Shown here piece by piece: positions 34,408 through 44,695 of a stretch of 64,000 nt of DNA; the stretch's first letter is position 1; each line of letters begins with the position of its first letter. The notes under the pieces are model-generated. The model was not told where the DNA came from. It ran no database searches and saw nothing but the letters and a program-made list of their open reading frames with translations. A program made the position numbers and the translations under genes. The stretch is from Methanothermococcus sp. Ax23 (GTDB lineage Archaea; AGJL01; Methanococci; Methanococcales; Methanococcaceae): positions 672,001 to 736,000 of the forward strand of contig NZ_CP157522.1 in assembly GCF_049075655.1 (NCBI RefSeq). Direction: 5' to 3'.

Positions 34408-35088
34408 ATGATAAAAGGAGTGTTATTTGATTTGGACGACACACTCTACGACTCTTCGAGCTTTGCAGACCGAGCTCGGAGAGAGGCAATAAAAATGATG
34501 ATAGATGCAGGATTAAATGCCACAGAGGAAGAGGCATATAATATCCTTCAAAGAATAATAAAACAGAAAGGTTCAAATTATAACCGTCATTTTGATGACC
34601 TTGTAAAGGCAATTATGGGACATTACGAGCCAAAGATAATAACTATGGGGATAATTACCTACCACAATGTTAAATTTGCTCTTCTAAGACCTTACCCAGA
34701 TACTATAAAGACACTTATAGCACTAAAAAAAATGGGATTAAAATTGGGAGTAATTACTGATGGCATTACAATAAAGCAATGGGAAAAACTTATACGGCTC
34801 GGCATAGTGGATTTTTTCGATGAAGTGGTAACATCAGAAGAGTTTGGACTTGGGAAACCCAATGTAGAATTCTTCGAATACGGCATTAAAAAGATGGGTT
34901 TAAATCCAGATGAAGCAGTATATGTGGGTGATAGGATAGATAGGGACATAATTCCCGCCAATAAAGTTGGCATGTGTGCTATTAGAATCTTAAAAGGCAA
35001 ATACAGGGATGTAGAAGGCGGTGAATGTGTTTATGAAGTAAATAATTTGCTGGAAGTAGTGGATATTGTAAAAAACTTAAAAAGCTAA
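34408..35088 (+). CDS. HAD-superfamily hydrolase (MJ1437-like)
   Basis: FDLDDTLYD, ITDG...QWEKLIRLG, GKP, YVGDR...DI. Confidence 0.9.
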   Translation: MIKGVLFDLDDTLYDSSSFADRARREAIKMMIDAGLNATEEEAYNILQRIIKQKGSNYNRHFDDLVKAIMGHYEPKIITMGIITYHNVKFALLRPYPDTIKTLIALKKMGLKLGVITDGITIKQWEKLIRLGIVDFFDEVVTSEEFGLGKPNVEFFEYGIKKMGLNPDEAVYVGDRIDRDIIPANKVGMCAIRILKGKYRDVEGGECVYEVNNLLEVVDIVKNLKS

Positions 35089-35098
35089 TCGTGGAATT

Positions 35099-35896
35099 AT
35101 GTTCAAAGATGTATTAATTAAAATAAACAGTGCAATAGATGCTATAAGAGGATTAACGGCATTTATGACTCGAATACCTATGGGAAATTTTAAAAGTGGT
35201 TTCGAAGAGATGTCAAAATATTTAGTGTTTATCATATTCATAGGTATGTTTATAGGATTTATTGGGTCAATTGCATCATATCCATTTTATCATTTGGGAA
35301 TTAAATCTAACATTATTGTAGGAGCTCTTGTATTGTTTATTATGTTATATATTCAAGGGTTCCATCATGTTGATGGATTGGGGGATTATGGGGATGCCTG
35401 GATGGTGATGGGAAGTGCAAGAAAAAAGTTGGATGTAATGAAGGATAAATATATGGGTGTCGGTGCATTTGTGTTTATATTTTTTACGGAGCTCATCTCT
35501 GTGGCGTCAATAGGGCATCTATATGAAATAACATATTCGGATTTTTTACTTTTTGTAAAATTTATTATTTTAGTTGAGGCTTGTTCAAGATTGGGGCTTT
35601 TAACCTGTGCATGCTGTGGAATACCATCAAAAGACGGCACAGGTAGATATTTTGTTAAAAACACCGATGAATACCATTTATTCATGGGATATTTATTGTT
35701 GATGATACTATCATTTATAATGGGCATTCCAAAAATAGGGGTGTTGTGCTCAACATTTGCAGTATTTTTTGGCACTTTCATTGCATGGAATTCAAATAAA
35801 AATCTAAAATATGTTACAGGCGATGTCTTAGGGGCATCCAATGAACTAACTAGGGCTTTGGTTTTCATCGTCCTTATATTCTCATTAAATATTTAA
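35099..35896 (+). CDS. cobS: adenosylcobinamide-GDP ribazoletransferase (cobalamin synthase)
   Basis: FMTRIP, GFHHVDGLGDYGD, VMKD..G..G, VTGDVLGA..E. Confidence 0.93.
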   Translation: MFKDVLIKINSAIDAIRGLTAFMTRIPMGNFKSGFEEMSKYLVFIIFIGMFIGFIGSIASYPFYHLGIKSNIIVGALVLFIMLYIQGFHHVDGLGDYGDAWMVMGSARKKLDVMKDKYMGVGAFVFIFFTELISVASIGHLYEITYSDFLLFVKFIILVEACSRLGLLTCACCGIPSKDGTGRYFVKNTDEYHLFMGYLLLMILSFIMGIPKIGVLCSTFAVFFGTFIAWNSNKNLKYVTGDVLGASNELTRALVFIVLIFSLNI

Positions 35897-35941
35897 ATTA
35901 TAGTTATTTTTATAAAAAGAAAAAAATTATTTTTTATATAT

Positions 35942-36817
35942 TTATTTTTTACATATAATACGATTTACAGCAATTGGAGTATCTTTCCCCTTTATTTTTA
36001 AGCTTCCATTTTCTATTACTACAATATCTCCATCTTCAACATCCCCTTCCACTTCTATTTCATTGAACAATTTTGGATTTGGACATACCTTATCTATTGC
36101 CACGTGGTTCTCATCCAAAACGAGTTTTCCATTTTTAATAACTCCAACTTCCCCATTATGTTCTATTTTATCTGCTATGACCATTACTTTTTTAAAATCT
36201 ACCATCTTCTGTTTTAATTCATTTCTATATTCTTTTAAATCATTTAAATCTTTCTTAATAACTTCTTCTAGGTTAAATGCCTTTCTGTCAGAATATATAA
36301 TGTCGAGCTCCTTGGATAATGTTGGACCATCGCATTTTTTCAAAGCCTTCTCGATAATATTTTTTACATCCACGATATTCATTCTTCCAAAATTATTCAT
36401 ATATTCTTTTAATTCTTCCTGAACGATGTTTTTTAAGTATCTATTTCCAAAGAGGATAATCCCACTTCCCTTTTTTACGGATTTGTTTGTAATTGTGTCA
36501 TTTAATATATCTACAATTGCACAATTTCCCTTTGTTAAATACATTCTCCGTCTTTGAGAATCTACCCCTATGGACTTAACTTCACCAACGAGAACATCTC
36601 CTATTTTTTTTACTTTTGTTCGTTCATCTTCTATGAATATTTTAACGCCTAATTCATCCGCCCTATTTTTCAACTCTTCTTCATTTTTTATTTTTCCAGA
36701 GTATAGGTCTTTTTCGAGCTCTGCTCTTTTTTCAGGATTTCCTCTAAACATTATATTTCGTCGGTCTCCTGCAATTACTGCCCCATTATTTCCATAATAA
36801 CCTACTACAATACTCAT
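35942..36817 (-). CDS. connectase (DUF2121 / MJ0548 family, proteasome-beta-like protein ligase)
   Basis: N-terminal (M)S nucleophile, GAVIAGDRR..FRG...R.ELE..LYSG.I, RRR.Y.T.G, coiled coil plus C-terminal beta domain. Confidence 0.85.
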   Translation of the reverse strand: MSIVVGYYGNNGAVIAGDRRNIMFRGNPEKRAELEKDLYSGKIKNEEELKNRADELGVKIFIEDERTKVKKIGDVLVGEVKSIGVDSQRRRMYLTKGNCAIVDILNDTITNKSVKKGSGIILFGNRYLKNIVQEELKEYMNNFGRMNIVDVKNIIEKALKKCDGPTLSKELDIIYSDRKAFNLEEVIKKDLNDLKEYRNELKQKMVDFKKVMVIADKIEHNGEVGVIKNGKLVLDENHVAIDKVCPNPKLFNEIEVEGDVEDGDIVVIENGSLKIKGKDTPIAVNRIICKK

Positions 36818-37086
36818 ATTATCACCTTAAATTTTTATAAAGTATATAAATTATTAAAAATCTATTAATAAATATATTATTACATTTATAAAATTTATTT
36901 TAATATTTATAAATTATACCTTAATAACCACAATTATAATTAGTAATATATATAGATTTTTGTTAAGCTACTATATTACACAATATTTAAATACTTATAA
37001 AAAGATATTATTAATTATTAAAAATACAAAAATAATAACAAATGATATAGTATGACAAAAAATTAAAAAATCGACAGGTAGATAAC

Positions 37087-37512
37087 ATGGTAGATATGGA
37101 CAGAATAAGTATATCCTTGCCTACTAAATTACTAGGAGAATTTGATGAAATAATTGCTGACAGAGGTTATGCAAGCAGAAGTGAAGCAATCAGAGACGCT
37201 ATAAGAGATTATATTATAAAACACAAATGGATACATAGTTTAGAAGGGGAAAGAGCAGGGACTATTACTATAATTTATGACCATCATGCATCTGATTTAA
37301 TGGAAAAATTGACTGAAATACAGCACGGGCATGCGGATTTAATCGTGGCAACACTCCATATGCATTTAGACCACGACCACTGCATGGAAGTTGTGCTTGT
37401 GAAAGGGGATGCTAAGAAAATAAGGGATTTAACCGATAAACTAACCTCTCAAAAAGGTGTAAAACAGGTAAAATTAACTGTCATGGTTCCAGGGGGCAAT
37501 ATTCCAGAATAA
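37087..37512 (+). CDS. nikR: nickel-responsive regulator NikR
   Basis: RISISLP ribbon-helix-helix, SRSEAIRDAIR, YDHH, H.H.DHDHC.E. Confidence 0.96.
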   Translation: MVDMDRISISLPTKLLGEFDEIIADRGYASRSEAIRDAIRDYIIKHKWIHSLEGERAGTITIIYDHHASDLMEKLTEIQHGHADLIVATLHMHLDHDHCMEVVLVKGDAKKIRDLTDKLTSQKGVKQVKLTVMVPGGNIPE

Positions 37513-37517
37513 GGAAA

Positions 37518-38351
37518 TTAAAAACACTCAATAACTTCAAATCCTCGGCTTTCTATTTCTTTTTTCTTTTTATTAACAACATGGTTGATTAGTTTTTCAT
37601 GTTCTTCATTTGACGCTATAAAATTTAAAGTATGTTTCGTTTTTTCATAAAAGTAAGGTTTTTCAATGACGTAATCTTTTTTTATATATTTAGCAAAACT
37701 TTCATTTAAAAATAGGCTATATCCATCTTCAATTAAATCAATAGCATAGAATGGGTTTTTAACAACTTTTGTTATTTTGAAATCGACATTTTGATTTTTT
37801 AATATATTCCAAACAATCCTCTGGGGAGAATATCTTATTCCTATGAGATTTTTTACATTAAAATTTTCTTTATATGCCATGATAAAATGGTCATAGGCTA
37901 TTGGTATGGGCTCTCCAAGTCTGAAACTCCAATAAGGGTCATCTATGCCAACAATGCTTGTTAAATCCATCTCATAAAGTTTTAGGATGTTATCAAATGA
38001 TGATATTAGTATATCATCAAATAGTATTTTGCCCAATTCTCCGCTTATAAATCCACAGGCTATAAATGGATGTTTAGATACTCTTTTTTGCACCGATTCG
38101 TAATATTTAACTATATTTTGAGCAGGTTCTGTTAAGATTGTACCAGATGTTGAAGAATAAATAAGTTTTACACCAAGTTTTTCTTCAAGCCTCTTTATTT
38201 GGATATTTACAGAAGATGGCGGAATATTCAATATTTTTGCAACCTTATTTTGAGATTTTTTTTCAGAAATTAGTTTAAGTATTTTTATTTGATTTTCAGT
38301 TATGGATTTGCCATCATATTTTATATTAAGTGTTGTAGTTAGGTTTGTCAT
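37518..38351 (-). CDS. LysR/ModE-type HTH transcriptional regulator
   Basis: SQNKVAKILNIPPSSVNIQIKRLEEKLGVKL...GT.LT HTH. Confidence 0.8.
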   Translation of the reverse strand: MTNLTTTLNIKYDGKSITENQIKILKLISEKKSQNKVAKILNIPPSSVNIQIKRLEEKLGVKLIYSSTSGTILTEPAQNIVKYYESVQKRVSKHPFIACGFISGELGKILFDDILISSFDNILKLYEMDLTSIVGIDDPYWSFRLGEPIPIAYDHFIMAYKENFNVKNLIGIRYSPQRIVWNILKNQNVDFKITKVVKNPFYAIDLIEDGYSLFLNESFAKYIKKDYVIEKPYFYEKTKHTLNFIASNEEHEKLINHVVNKKKKEIESRGFEVIECF

Positions 38352-38536
38352 GGTACTACCTTGTTCAATACTATCATTTTTAAAATTTTTAAAAATTTTA
38401 TATACTATTAATGTTTTTTATTATTTAGTTTAAATTAAAAGGAGTTATTTTTATTATTTGGTAGTATTCTATTTAAATTTATGGATTAATATATATGTAA
38501 TATTATAATAGGTAATCTTATATATCAGGTGGTTTA

Positions 38537-39601
38537 ATGAATAACAATAGTATAGAATTTCGGAAACTTGAACACCTTTTGGTGTGCAATTACTGTGATG
38601 TTGAATATAATAAAGGAACACTTCTTGATGATGTTGAATTAATCCACAGTGGAACATCAAACTGTGATTTAAACGACATTGATACATCAATTGAACTTTT
38701 TGGAAAAAAATTGGATGCTCCATTGATTGTAGCTGCAATAACTGGTGGTCATTCCAAGGCAAAGGAAATTAACAAAAATATAGCCGAGGCAGTGGAAGAA
38801 CTTAACTTAGGGATGGGTGTAGGCTCTCAAAGAGCAGGACTATTAAACAGTAGTTTGATAGATACATATTCAGTTGTAAGGGATTATACCTCATCCTTAG
38901 TTATTGGTAATCTTGGAGCAGTTAATTTTATAGAGGATAATTGGGACGAAGAAATAATTGATAAATCTGTAAATATGATAGATGCCAATGCCATGGCAAT
39001 CCATTTTAACCCACTTCAAGAAGCAATCCAACCAGAAGGGGATGTTAATTTTAAAGGAATAGATGTATTAAAAAATATTATGTCTAATTATAAGGTAGGG
39101 TATAAAAATATCCCATTTATAGCAAAACAGGTTGGAGAAGGCTTCTCAAAAGAAGATGCAGTGATTTTAAAGAATCTTGGGTTCGATGCAATTGATGTGG
39201 GAGGAAGTGGAGGCACATCGTGGGCAGCTGTTGAATATTACAGGATAAAGGATGAGAATCTTAGAAATTTCTCAAAACAATTTTTAGAGTGGGGAATTCC
39301 AACGGCGGCGTCTATATTGGAGGTTAGAAGTGTTTTTGATGGAACAGTAATTGGCACGGGAGGTATAAGGTCTGGAATGGATATTGCAAAATCCATGGTA
39401 ATAGGTGCCGATTGTTGTGGTGTGGCACTACCTATATTAAAGGCAGCATTAAAGAGCTCCGATGAAGTGATAAAGGTTCTTGAAAAAATGATAAAAGAAC
39501 TGAAAACAGTCATGTTCTTAATGGGCTGCGATAATATAGTTGATTTAAAAAAATCTCGATATATTATAAGAAACGAGTTAAAAGAATGGATTAGCAAGTG
39601 A
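38537..39601 (+). CDS. fni: type 2 isopentenyl-diphosphate isomerase
   Basis: RKLEH, AITGG, GVGSQRA, H.NPLQE..QPEGD, K.VG.G, GSGGTSW, GGIRSG.D.AK. Confidence 0.96.
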   Translation: MNNNSIEFRKLEHLLVCNYCDVEYNKGTLLDDVELIHSGTSNCDLNDIDTSIELFGKKLDAPLIVAAITGGHSKAKEINKNIAEAVEELNLGMGVGSQRAGLLNSSLIDTYSVVRDYTSSLVIGNLGAVNFIEDNWDEEIIDKSVNMIDANAMAIHFNPLQEAIQPEGDVNFKGIDVLKNIMSNYKVGYKNIPFIAKQVGEGFSKEDAVILKNLGFDAIDVGGSGGTSWAAVEYYRIKDENLRNFSKQFLEWGIPTAASILEVRSVFDGTVIGTGGIRSGMDIAKSMVIGADCCGVALPILKAALKSSDEVIKVLEKMIKELKTVMFLMGCDNIVDLKKSRYIIRNELKEWISK

Positions 39602-39766
39602 TAATTATATCTTTGCATTGTTATCGTTTATCATTTTATTTATTATTGTTGCAATTGTTTATTAAATTATTATATTTGTATTTATTATTTATTAGCATTA
39701 TTTATTGTTATTCATTGTTTTAAGCGAAAAATAAAAAACAAAAATAAAGTAAAAGGAAGTGATATT

Positions 39767-41113
39767 TTGCAGTTAGAAGTAGTAGCCATTGGAGGATATG
39801 AAGAAGTTGGAAGAAACATGACCGCTGTCAATGTAGATGGAGAGATAATAATATTTGATATGGGATTGAGACTTGACAGGGTCATGATACATGAAGACAG
39901 TGATGTTTCAAAAATGCACAGCTTGAATTTAATTGAAATGGGTGTAATCCCGGATGATACTGTAATGAAGAATATAGAAGGGGAAGTTAAAGCAATTGTG
40001 GTATCTCATGGACACCTTGACCACATAGGTGCGATTACAAAGCTTGCTCATAGATATAATGCTCCAATTATCGGAACACCATATACATTGGAGCTCGTAA
40101 AAAGAGAGATATTAAGTGAAAAGAAATTTGATGTAAGAAATCCATTGATAACTTTAAATGCAAAAGAAACGATGGATTTAACTCCAAATCTATCATTGGA
40201 ATTTGTAAAAATAACACATAGTATTCCAGACGCTGTTCTTCCAGTTCTCCATACGCCATATGGTGCTGTAATCTATGGGAATGATTTTAAATTTGATAAC
40301 ATCCCTATTGTGGGTGAAAAACCAGATTACAGGGCAATAAAAAAAGTTGGGAAGAAAGGCGTAATCTGCATGATTTCCGAGAGTACCAGGGTGGATTTTG
40401 AGGGAAAAACCCCATCAGAAGGCGTGGCGGCAAATCTTTTGAAAAATGATTTATTGGGGACTGATAATGAAAATAATGGTGTTGTAATCACGACTTTCTC
40501 ATCCCATATTGCAAGGATAAAATCTATTACAGATATTGCCGAAAGAATGGGCAGAATACCGGTATTAATCGGAAGGTCTATGGCGAAATATTGTGGAATA
40601 GCAGAGGATATAGGTCTTGTAGAATTCCCAAAGAATACAAAAATAGCAGGAGACCCCTCGTCTGTTGATAGAATATTCCATCAAGTGATGAAAGAAGGGA
40701 AAGAAAATTATATGCTTGTTGTTACGGGACACCAAGGAGAAGAAGGAGCTGTTTTATCAAGGATGGCAACAAATAAAACTCCGTTTAGATTTGAAAGACA
40801 TGACCAGGTGGTATTTTCAGCAGATGTAATACCAAATCCAATGAATGCAGCACAGAGGTATATGTTAGAGGCTCGTTTGAGGTTGATGGGTGTAAGGTTA
40901 TTTAAAGGAGCTCATGTTTCAGGGCACGCTGCTAAGGAAGACCACAGGGATATGATAAGATGGTTAAATCCTGAACACCTGATACCATCTCATGGAGATT
41001 TCAATCTCACGGCAACCTATGCAAAGCTTGCAGAGGAGGAAGGATATCGACTTGGAGAGGATGTGCATCTTTTAAGAAATGGACAGAGTTTGAAATTTGA
41101 AAGGATTATTTAA
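39767..41113 (+). CDS. rnj: RNase J family beta-CASP ribonuclease
   Basis: GGYEEVGRNM, SHGHLDHIG, THSIPD, DFKFD, TGHQGE, HVSGHA, IPSHG. Confidence 0.95.
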   Translation: MQLEVVAIGGYEEVGRNMTAVNVDGEIIIFDMGLRLDRVMIHEDSDVSKMHSLNLIEMGVIPDDTVMKNIEGEVKAIVVSHGHLDHIGAITKLAHRYNAPIIGTPYTLELVKREILSEKKFDVRNPLITLNAKETMDLTPNLSLEFVKITHSIPDAVLPVLHTPYGAVIYGNDFKFDNIPIVGEKPDYRAIKKVGKKGVICMISESTRVDFEGKTPSEGVAANLLKNDLLGTDNENNGVVITTFSSHIARIKSITDIAERMGRIPVLIGRSMAKYCGIAEDIGLVEFPKNTKIAGDPSSVDRIFHQVMKEGKENYMLVVTGHQGEEGAVLSRMATNKTPFRFERHDQVVFSADVIPNPMNAAQRYMLEARLRLMGVRLFKGAHVSGHAAKEDHRDMIRWLNPEHLIPSHGDFNLTATYAKLAEEEGYRLGEDVHLLRNGQSLKFERII

Positions 41114-41225
41114 GTAATATAAACAAAAAACTTAAAAAGAAGAACATTAATTATTAATTATCAATCATTATAATTTATTATTTAAATTATTATAATTCAA
41201 ATTATACTTTACATTTGGTGGAATC

Positions 41226-42185
41226 ATGGAAATATTCGATAAAAATTTATTGTCAAAAATAGAGGAAGAATTAAAGAAACATGTTGAAAAGGAGGATACA
41301 TTATATGATGCCTCAAAACATCTTTTATTTGCTGGCGGTAAAAGAATAAGACCTTATTTAGCAACACTAACGTATATGTTGAAAAAAGATAATCTTAATG
41401 AGATTTTGCCACCTGCTGTTGCCGTGGAGTTAATTCATAATTATACACTCATCCATGATGACATAATGGATAATGACGATGAGAGAAGGGGAAAACCAAC
41501 TGTGCATGTTGAATATGGGGAGCCAATAGCTATTCTTGCTGGTGATTTGCTCTATGCAAAAGCCTTTGAAGCAATATCATATATTAAAGACTCAAAAAAA
41601 GCTCATGAGGTTTTAAAGGTATTGTCAAAATCCTGCGTAGAGGTATGTGAAGGTCAGGCAATGGATATGGAATTTGAGGATAGGGATGAAATCAATCTGG
41701 ACGACTATTTTGAAATGATTTCAAAGAAAACAGGGGCGTTAATTGTGGCTCCTGTTGAAATCGGTGCAATAATGGCAGAATGCACAGAAGAGGAAAGAAA
41801 CGCCTTATGTGAATATGCTAAAAGAATAGGTATGACATTCCAAATACAAGATGATATTTTAGATTTAATAGGGGATGAGAAAAAGATTGGAAAGCCAGTG
41901 GGAAGCGATATAAAAGAAGGTAAAAAAACTGTTATCATAATACACGCTCTTAAAAATCTCCCAGCTGATAAAAAGGAAAAACTGTTAAAAGTTCTTGGAA
42001 ATAACAATGCCACAGATGAAGAGATTAAAGAAGCAATAGGGATATTGAGTGATTCCATAGATTATGCAAAAAATATTATGAAGAATGCCACAGAAGAGGC
42101 TAAGGATTATTTAAAAATATTTGATGCTGAAAAAAGAAAAAGATTGGAAGCCATTGCTGATTTTATAATGGATAGGATTTATTAA
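41226..42185 (+). CDS. idsA: short-chain polyprenyl (geranylgeranyl) diphosphate synthase
   Basis: GGKRIRP, HDDIMDNDDERRG, GQAMD, KKTGAL, FQIQDDILD, GK.GSDI.EGK.T. Confidence 0.95.
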   Translation: MEIFDKNLLSKIEEELKKHVEKEDTLYDASKHLLFAGGKRIRPYLATLTYMLKKDNLNEILPPAVAVELIHNYTLIHDDIMDNDDERRGKPTVHVEYGEPIAILAGDLLYAKAFEAISYIKDSKKAHEVLKVLSKSCVEVCEGQAMDMEFEDRDEINLDDYFEMISKKTGALIVAPVEIGAIMAECTEEERNALCEYAKRIGMTFQIQDDILDLIGDEKKIGKPVGSDIKEGKKTVIIIHALKNLPADKKEKLLKVLGNNNATDEEIKEAIGILSDSIDYAKNIMKNATEEAKDYLKIFDAEKRKRLEAIADFIMDRIY

Positions 42186-42236
42186 GTTTTTTATGGTTTT
42201 TATTAGTTTTATATTATATTTTTTTATTTTTTGTGG

Positions 42237-42755
42237 TTATTGCACTATGTCATGCTCCCAATACAAAGCATCTAACAATATTGCGACGGGATACCCCATT
42301 GTTTCAGAATATTCAGATGCATGAATTATTATTTTATATGCCTCTTCTGGTGTTTTTGGACAGTAATATGGAATTTCAGCAGTTTCAAGTAAATTTTTAG
42401 TCCATCTACCCATTGGAATTTGAGCAGGTATTTTTTCTTTTAATTCTCCCCTATGGCTTATTATTATCAACATTGGTATTTGATATACCTTACATAGGGA
42501 ACCTATCGCATTAATCGAGTTTCCAAGTCCTGAATTTTGCATCAATATGGCAGTTTTTCTTCCTGCCAAGTGAGCTCCGGCACATATTCCGATGGCTTCT
42601 TCCTCCCTTGTGGCAGGAATGTATGTGATTTTATTACTATCTTTACCATCTTCAATCAAATTTATAACATTTTTCAAATTTGCACATGGAACTCCGACAA
42701 TAAAATCTATTTTAGAGTTTTCAATTGCATTATATACGGCTTTGCTTGCTTTCAT
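42237..42755 (-). CDS. comD: sulfopyruvate decarboxylase alpha subunit (coenzyme M biosynthesis)
   Basis: GVPCANL, TREEEAIGICAGA, MQNSGLGN, SHRG..EKIPAQ.PMG. Confidence 0.93.
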   Translation of the reverse strand: MKASKAVYNAIENSKIDFIVGVPCANLKNVINLIEDGKDSNKITYIPATREEEAIGICAGAHLAGRKTAILMQNSGLGNSINAIGSLCKVYQIPMLIIISHRGELKEKIPAQIPMGRWTKNLLETAEIPYYCPKTPEEAYKIIIHASEYSETMGYPVAILLDALYWEHDIVQ

Positions 42756-42936
42756 GGTTTGCCTCTTTTAACCATAATATATTTTTCAACTGATTTATAA
42801 ACTTATATTGAATGAAATTTTTTAAAGTATAATTATTAAAAAATATTAATTGGGATAATGTATAATATAATTTTTAAGTATTTTGAAAAAAGTTTTTAAA
42901 GTTTTAATTATAAATAACATAAAATAATTTAATTAG

Positions 42937-43170
42937 TTAAGATTTATAAATTATTGTATTATTTATCTTATTTGATGCATTTTTTGTTAAGTTATTCAAT
43001 GTATTAATCGTTTTATTTGCATTTTCGCCCGAAACATCCATCTGCGTTCCTTTAAAATTAGATATATAATAATAGGATGCAATGGTTGCAACAGCAATTC
43101 CAGAAAAAATTAAAATACCAATTTCCATTGAAACTTGCCCTTTTTTAGAAAAAAGCCTTTTAATTAACAT
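42937..43170 (-). CDS. small type IV pilin-like protein with class III signal peptide (DUF361)
   Basis: KKG-QVSMEIGIL followed by a hydrophobic helix (QxSxE, EppA-type); Asn-rich tail with N-x-T/S sequons. Confidence 0.85.
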   Translation of the reverse strand: MLIKRLFSKKGQVSMEIGILIFSGIAVATIASYYYISNFKGTQMDVSGENANKTINTLNNLTKNASNKINNTIIYKS

Positions 43171-43214
43171 AAAAAACACCAAAATAAAAAATAATCTAAA
43201 AATACAAAAATATT

Positions 43215-43442
43215 TTAATCTAATTTGGTATTATTAATTAATTCACTTGCCTGAACCGTTTTATTACCTAATTTGCTTGTTGCATCGCTAGCAGCAACTT
43301 CAGCACCTTTTGCACTAGATTTAACATTCTTTACATAGTAGTATGCCGCAATAGCAGCAACGGCAACAGCAGCAGCAACTAAAATACCAATTTCCATTGA
43401 CACCTGCCCTTTTTTAGAGGTTAATTTTTTTAACAATTTCAT
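43215..43442 (-). CDS. type IV pilin, major-pilin (EpdE)-like, class III signal peptide
   Basis: SKKG-QVSMEIGILVAAAVAVAAIAAYYYV; 75 aa; NKT/NNT sequons; AGGTGGTG SD. Confidence 0.88.
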   Translation of the reverse strand: MKLLKKLTSKKGQVSMEIGILVAAAVAVAAIAAYYYVKNVKSSAKGAEVAASDATSKLGNKTVQASELINNTKLD

Positions 43443-43581
43443 GGCACCACCTATAATTTATTTATGATTAAATATAATTGCCTGTTTATATTTAAAACTT
43501 ATGGTTTAACTGCCCAAAACAAAACTTTAAAAAAATAAACTAAATCTCCTAAATATCTCTTTAAAAATAGTCAAAAATAAG

Positions 43582-43696
43582 TGGGGATACTGGGATTTGA
43601 ACCCAGGTCCAGGGATTTCTCCTGCATCGGGATTTAGTCCAGGTCCATATAGGCACTTGGAGTCCCCGATGATAGGCCAGACTACACCATATCCCC
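43582..43696 (-). tRNA. tRNA-Trp (CCA) with 40-nt intron (43617-43656) at position 37/38
   Basis: GGGGATA/TATCCCC acceptor stem; anticodon arm GGGGA-CTCCAA^A-TCCCT after splicing; BHB CTCC/GGAG with AAG and AAA bulges; 75-nt mature cloverleaf. Confidence 0.95.
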
Positions 43697-43774
43697 AAAA
43701 TATAAATATGATTATATTAATACGATAAATATACAAATTAGAAAGTGATATATATACTTTTCGGAATTGATATC

Positions 43775-44437
43775 ATGCATCTGATAAAAGTAGGTGGAAG
43801 TTTAACATATTTTGCAAGACACCTTTTAAGTGAATTAAAAATTTTTTGTAGTGATGGTAGCGACAATGGTGGAGAAAATAAAATAATTGTAGTTCCTGGC
43901 GGTGGAGCATTTGCCAATGTTGTTAGGGATTTAAATGAAAAAGGTGGTTTAAACAACAGGAGCTCCCATAAACTTGCCACCATGTCCATGGACTTGACAG
44001 GTATTTATTTCTCCGAAATTTCAGGTATAAAAACAGCAGATAATCTATATGATGCAAAAAAACTATTGGAAGAAGAAAATATTGTTATATTACTTCCTTC
44101 AAAAATTGTATTATCAACTGATGAGCTCCCACATTCATGGGACATTACATCAGACTCAATAGCGGCTTATATTGCTAGACTTTTGAATCTAAATAACATT
44201 ATAATAGCTACTGATGTAGATGGTATATATGATAACTATCCAGAAGGAAAACTATTAAATACTATAAATGCAAAATCCATTAAAGGTTTCACATCGGTTG
44301 ATAGTTATTTACCAAAATTATTATTAAAACACAATATCGAATGTTTCGTGGTCAATGGAAAACATCCAGGTAGAATAATAAATATTTTAAAAAACAATAA
44401 TGATATATATACCAAAATTACAATTGATAAAAAATAA
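43775..44437 (+). CDS. amino-acid-kinase-family protein (MJ0458/MfnE-like)
   Basis: [40 protein letters not shown]. Confidence 0.85.
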   Translation: MHLIKVGGSLTYFARHLLSELKIFCSDGSDNGGENKIIVVPGGGAFANVVRDLNEKGGLNNRSSHKLATMSMDLTGIYFSEISGIKTADNLYDAKKLLEEENIVILLPSKIVLSTDELPHSWDITSDSIAAYIARLLNLNNIIIATDVDGIYDNYPEGKLLNTINAKSIKGFTSVDSYLPKLLLKHNIECFVVNGKHPGRIINILKNNNDIYTKITIDKK

Positions 44438-44472
44438 TCGGAACAATAACCTATAAAAACAATGGTGATAAT

Positions 44473-44637
44473 ATGAAATACAAATGCACATCATGTAATG
44501 CAGAGATAGCTCCAAGAGAGCATGCTACAAAATTCTTATGTCCAAACTGCGGAGATGCAGAGATAGTAAGATGTGAAAAATGCAGAAAATTGAGTAACCC
44601 TTACAAATGTCCAGTTTGTGGATATGAGGGACCATAA
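44473..44637 (+). CDS. small Zn-finger protein (HVO_2753/DUF1610-like), absent from the ORF track
   Basis: Hand translation [54 protein letters not shown]; GGTGAT SD; usual position upstream of EF-1beta. Confidence 0.92.
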   Translation: MKYKCTSCNAEIAPREHATKFLCPNCGDAEIVRCEKCRKLSNPYKCPVCGYEGP

Positions 44638-44695
44638 TTTTATTCATTATTTTATTTATTATTGATATTATTAAAAGAAATGAAAGGTGTGATAT

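Noticed and set aside
43527-43736. 69-aa minus-strand ORF
   Set aside because: It overlaps the intron-containing tRNA-Trp gene.
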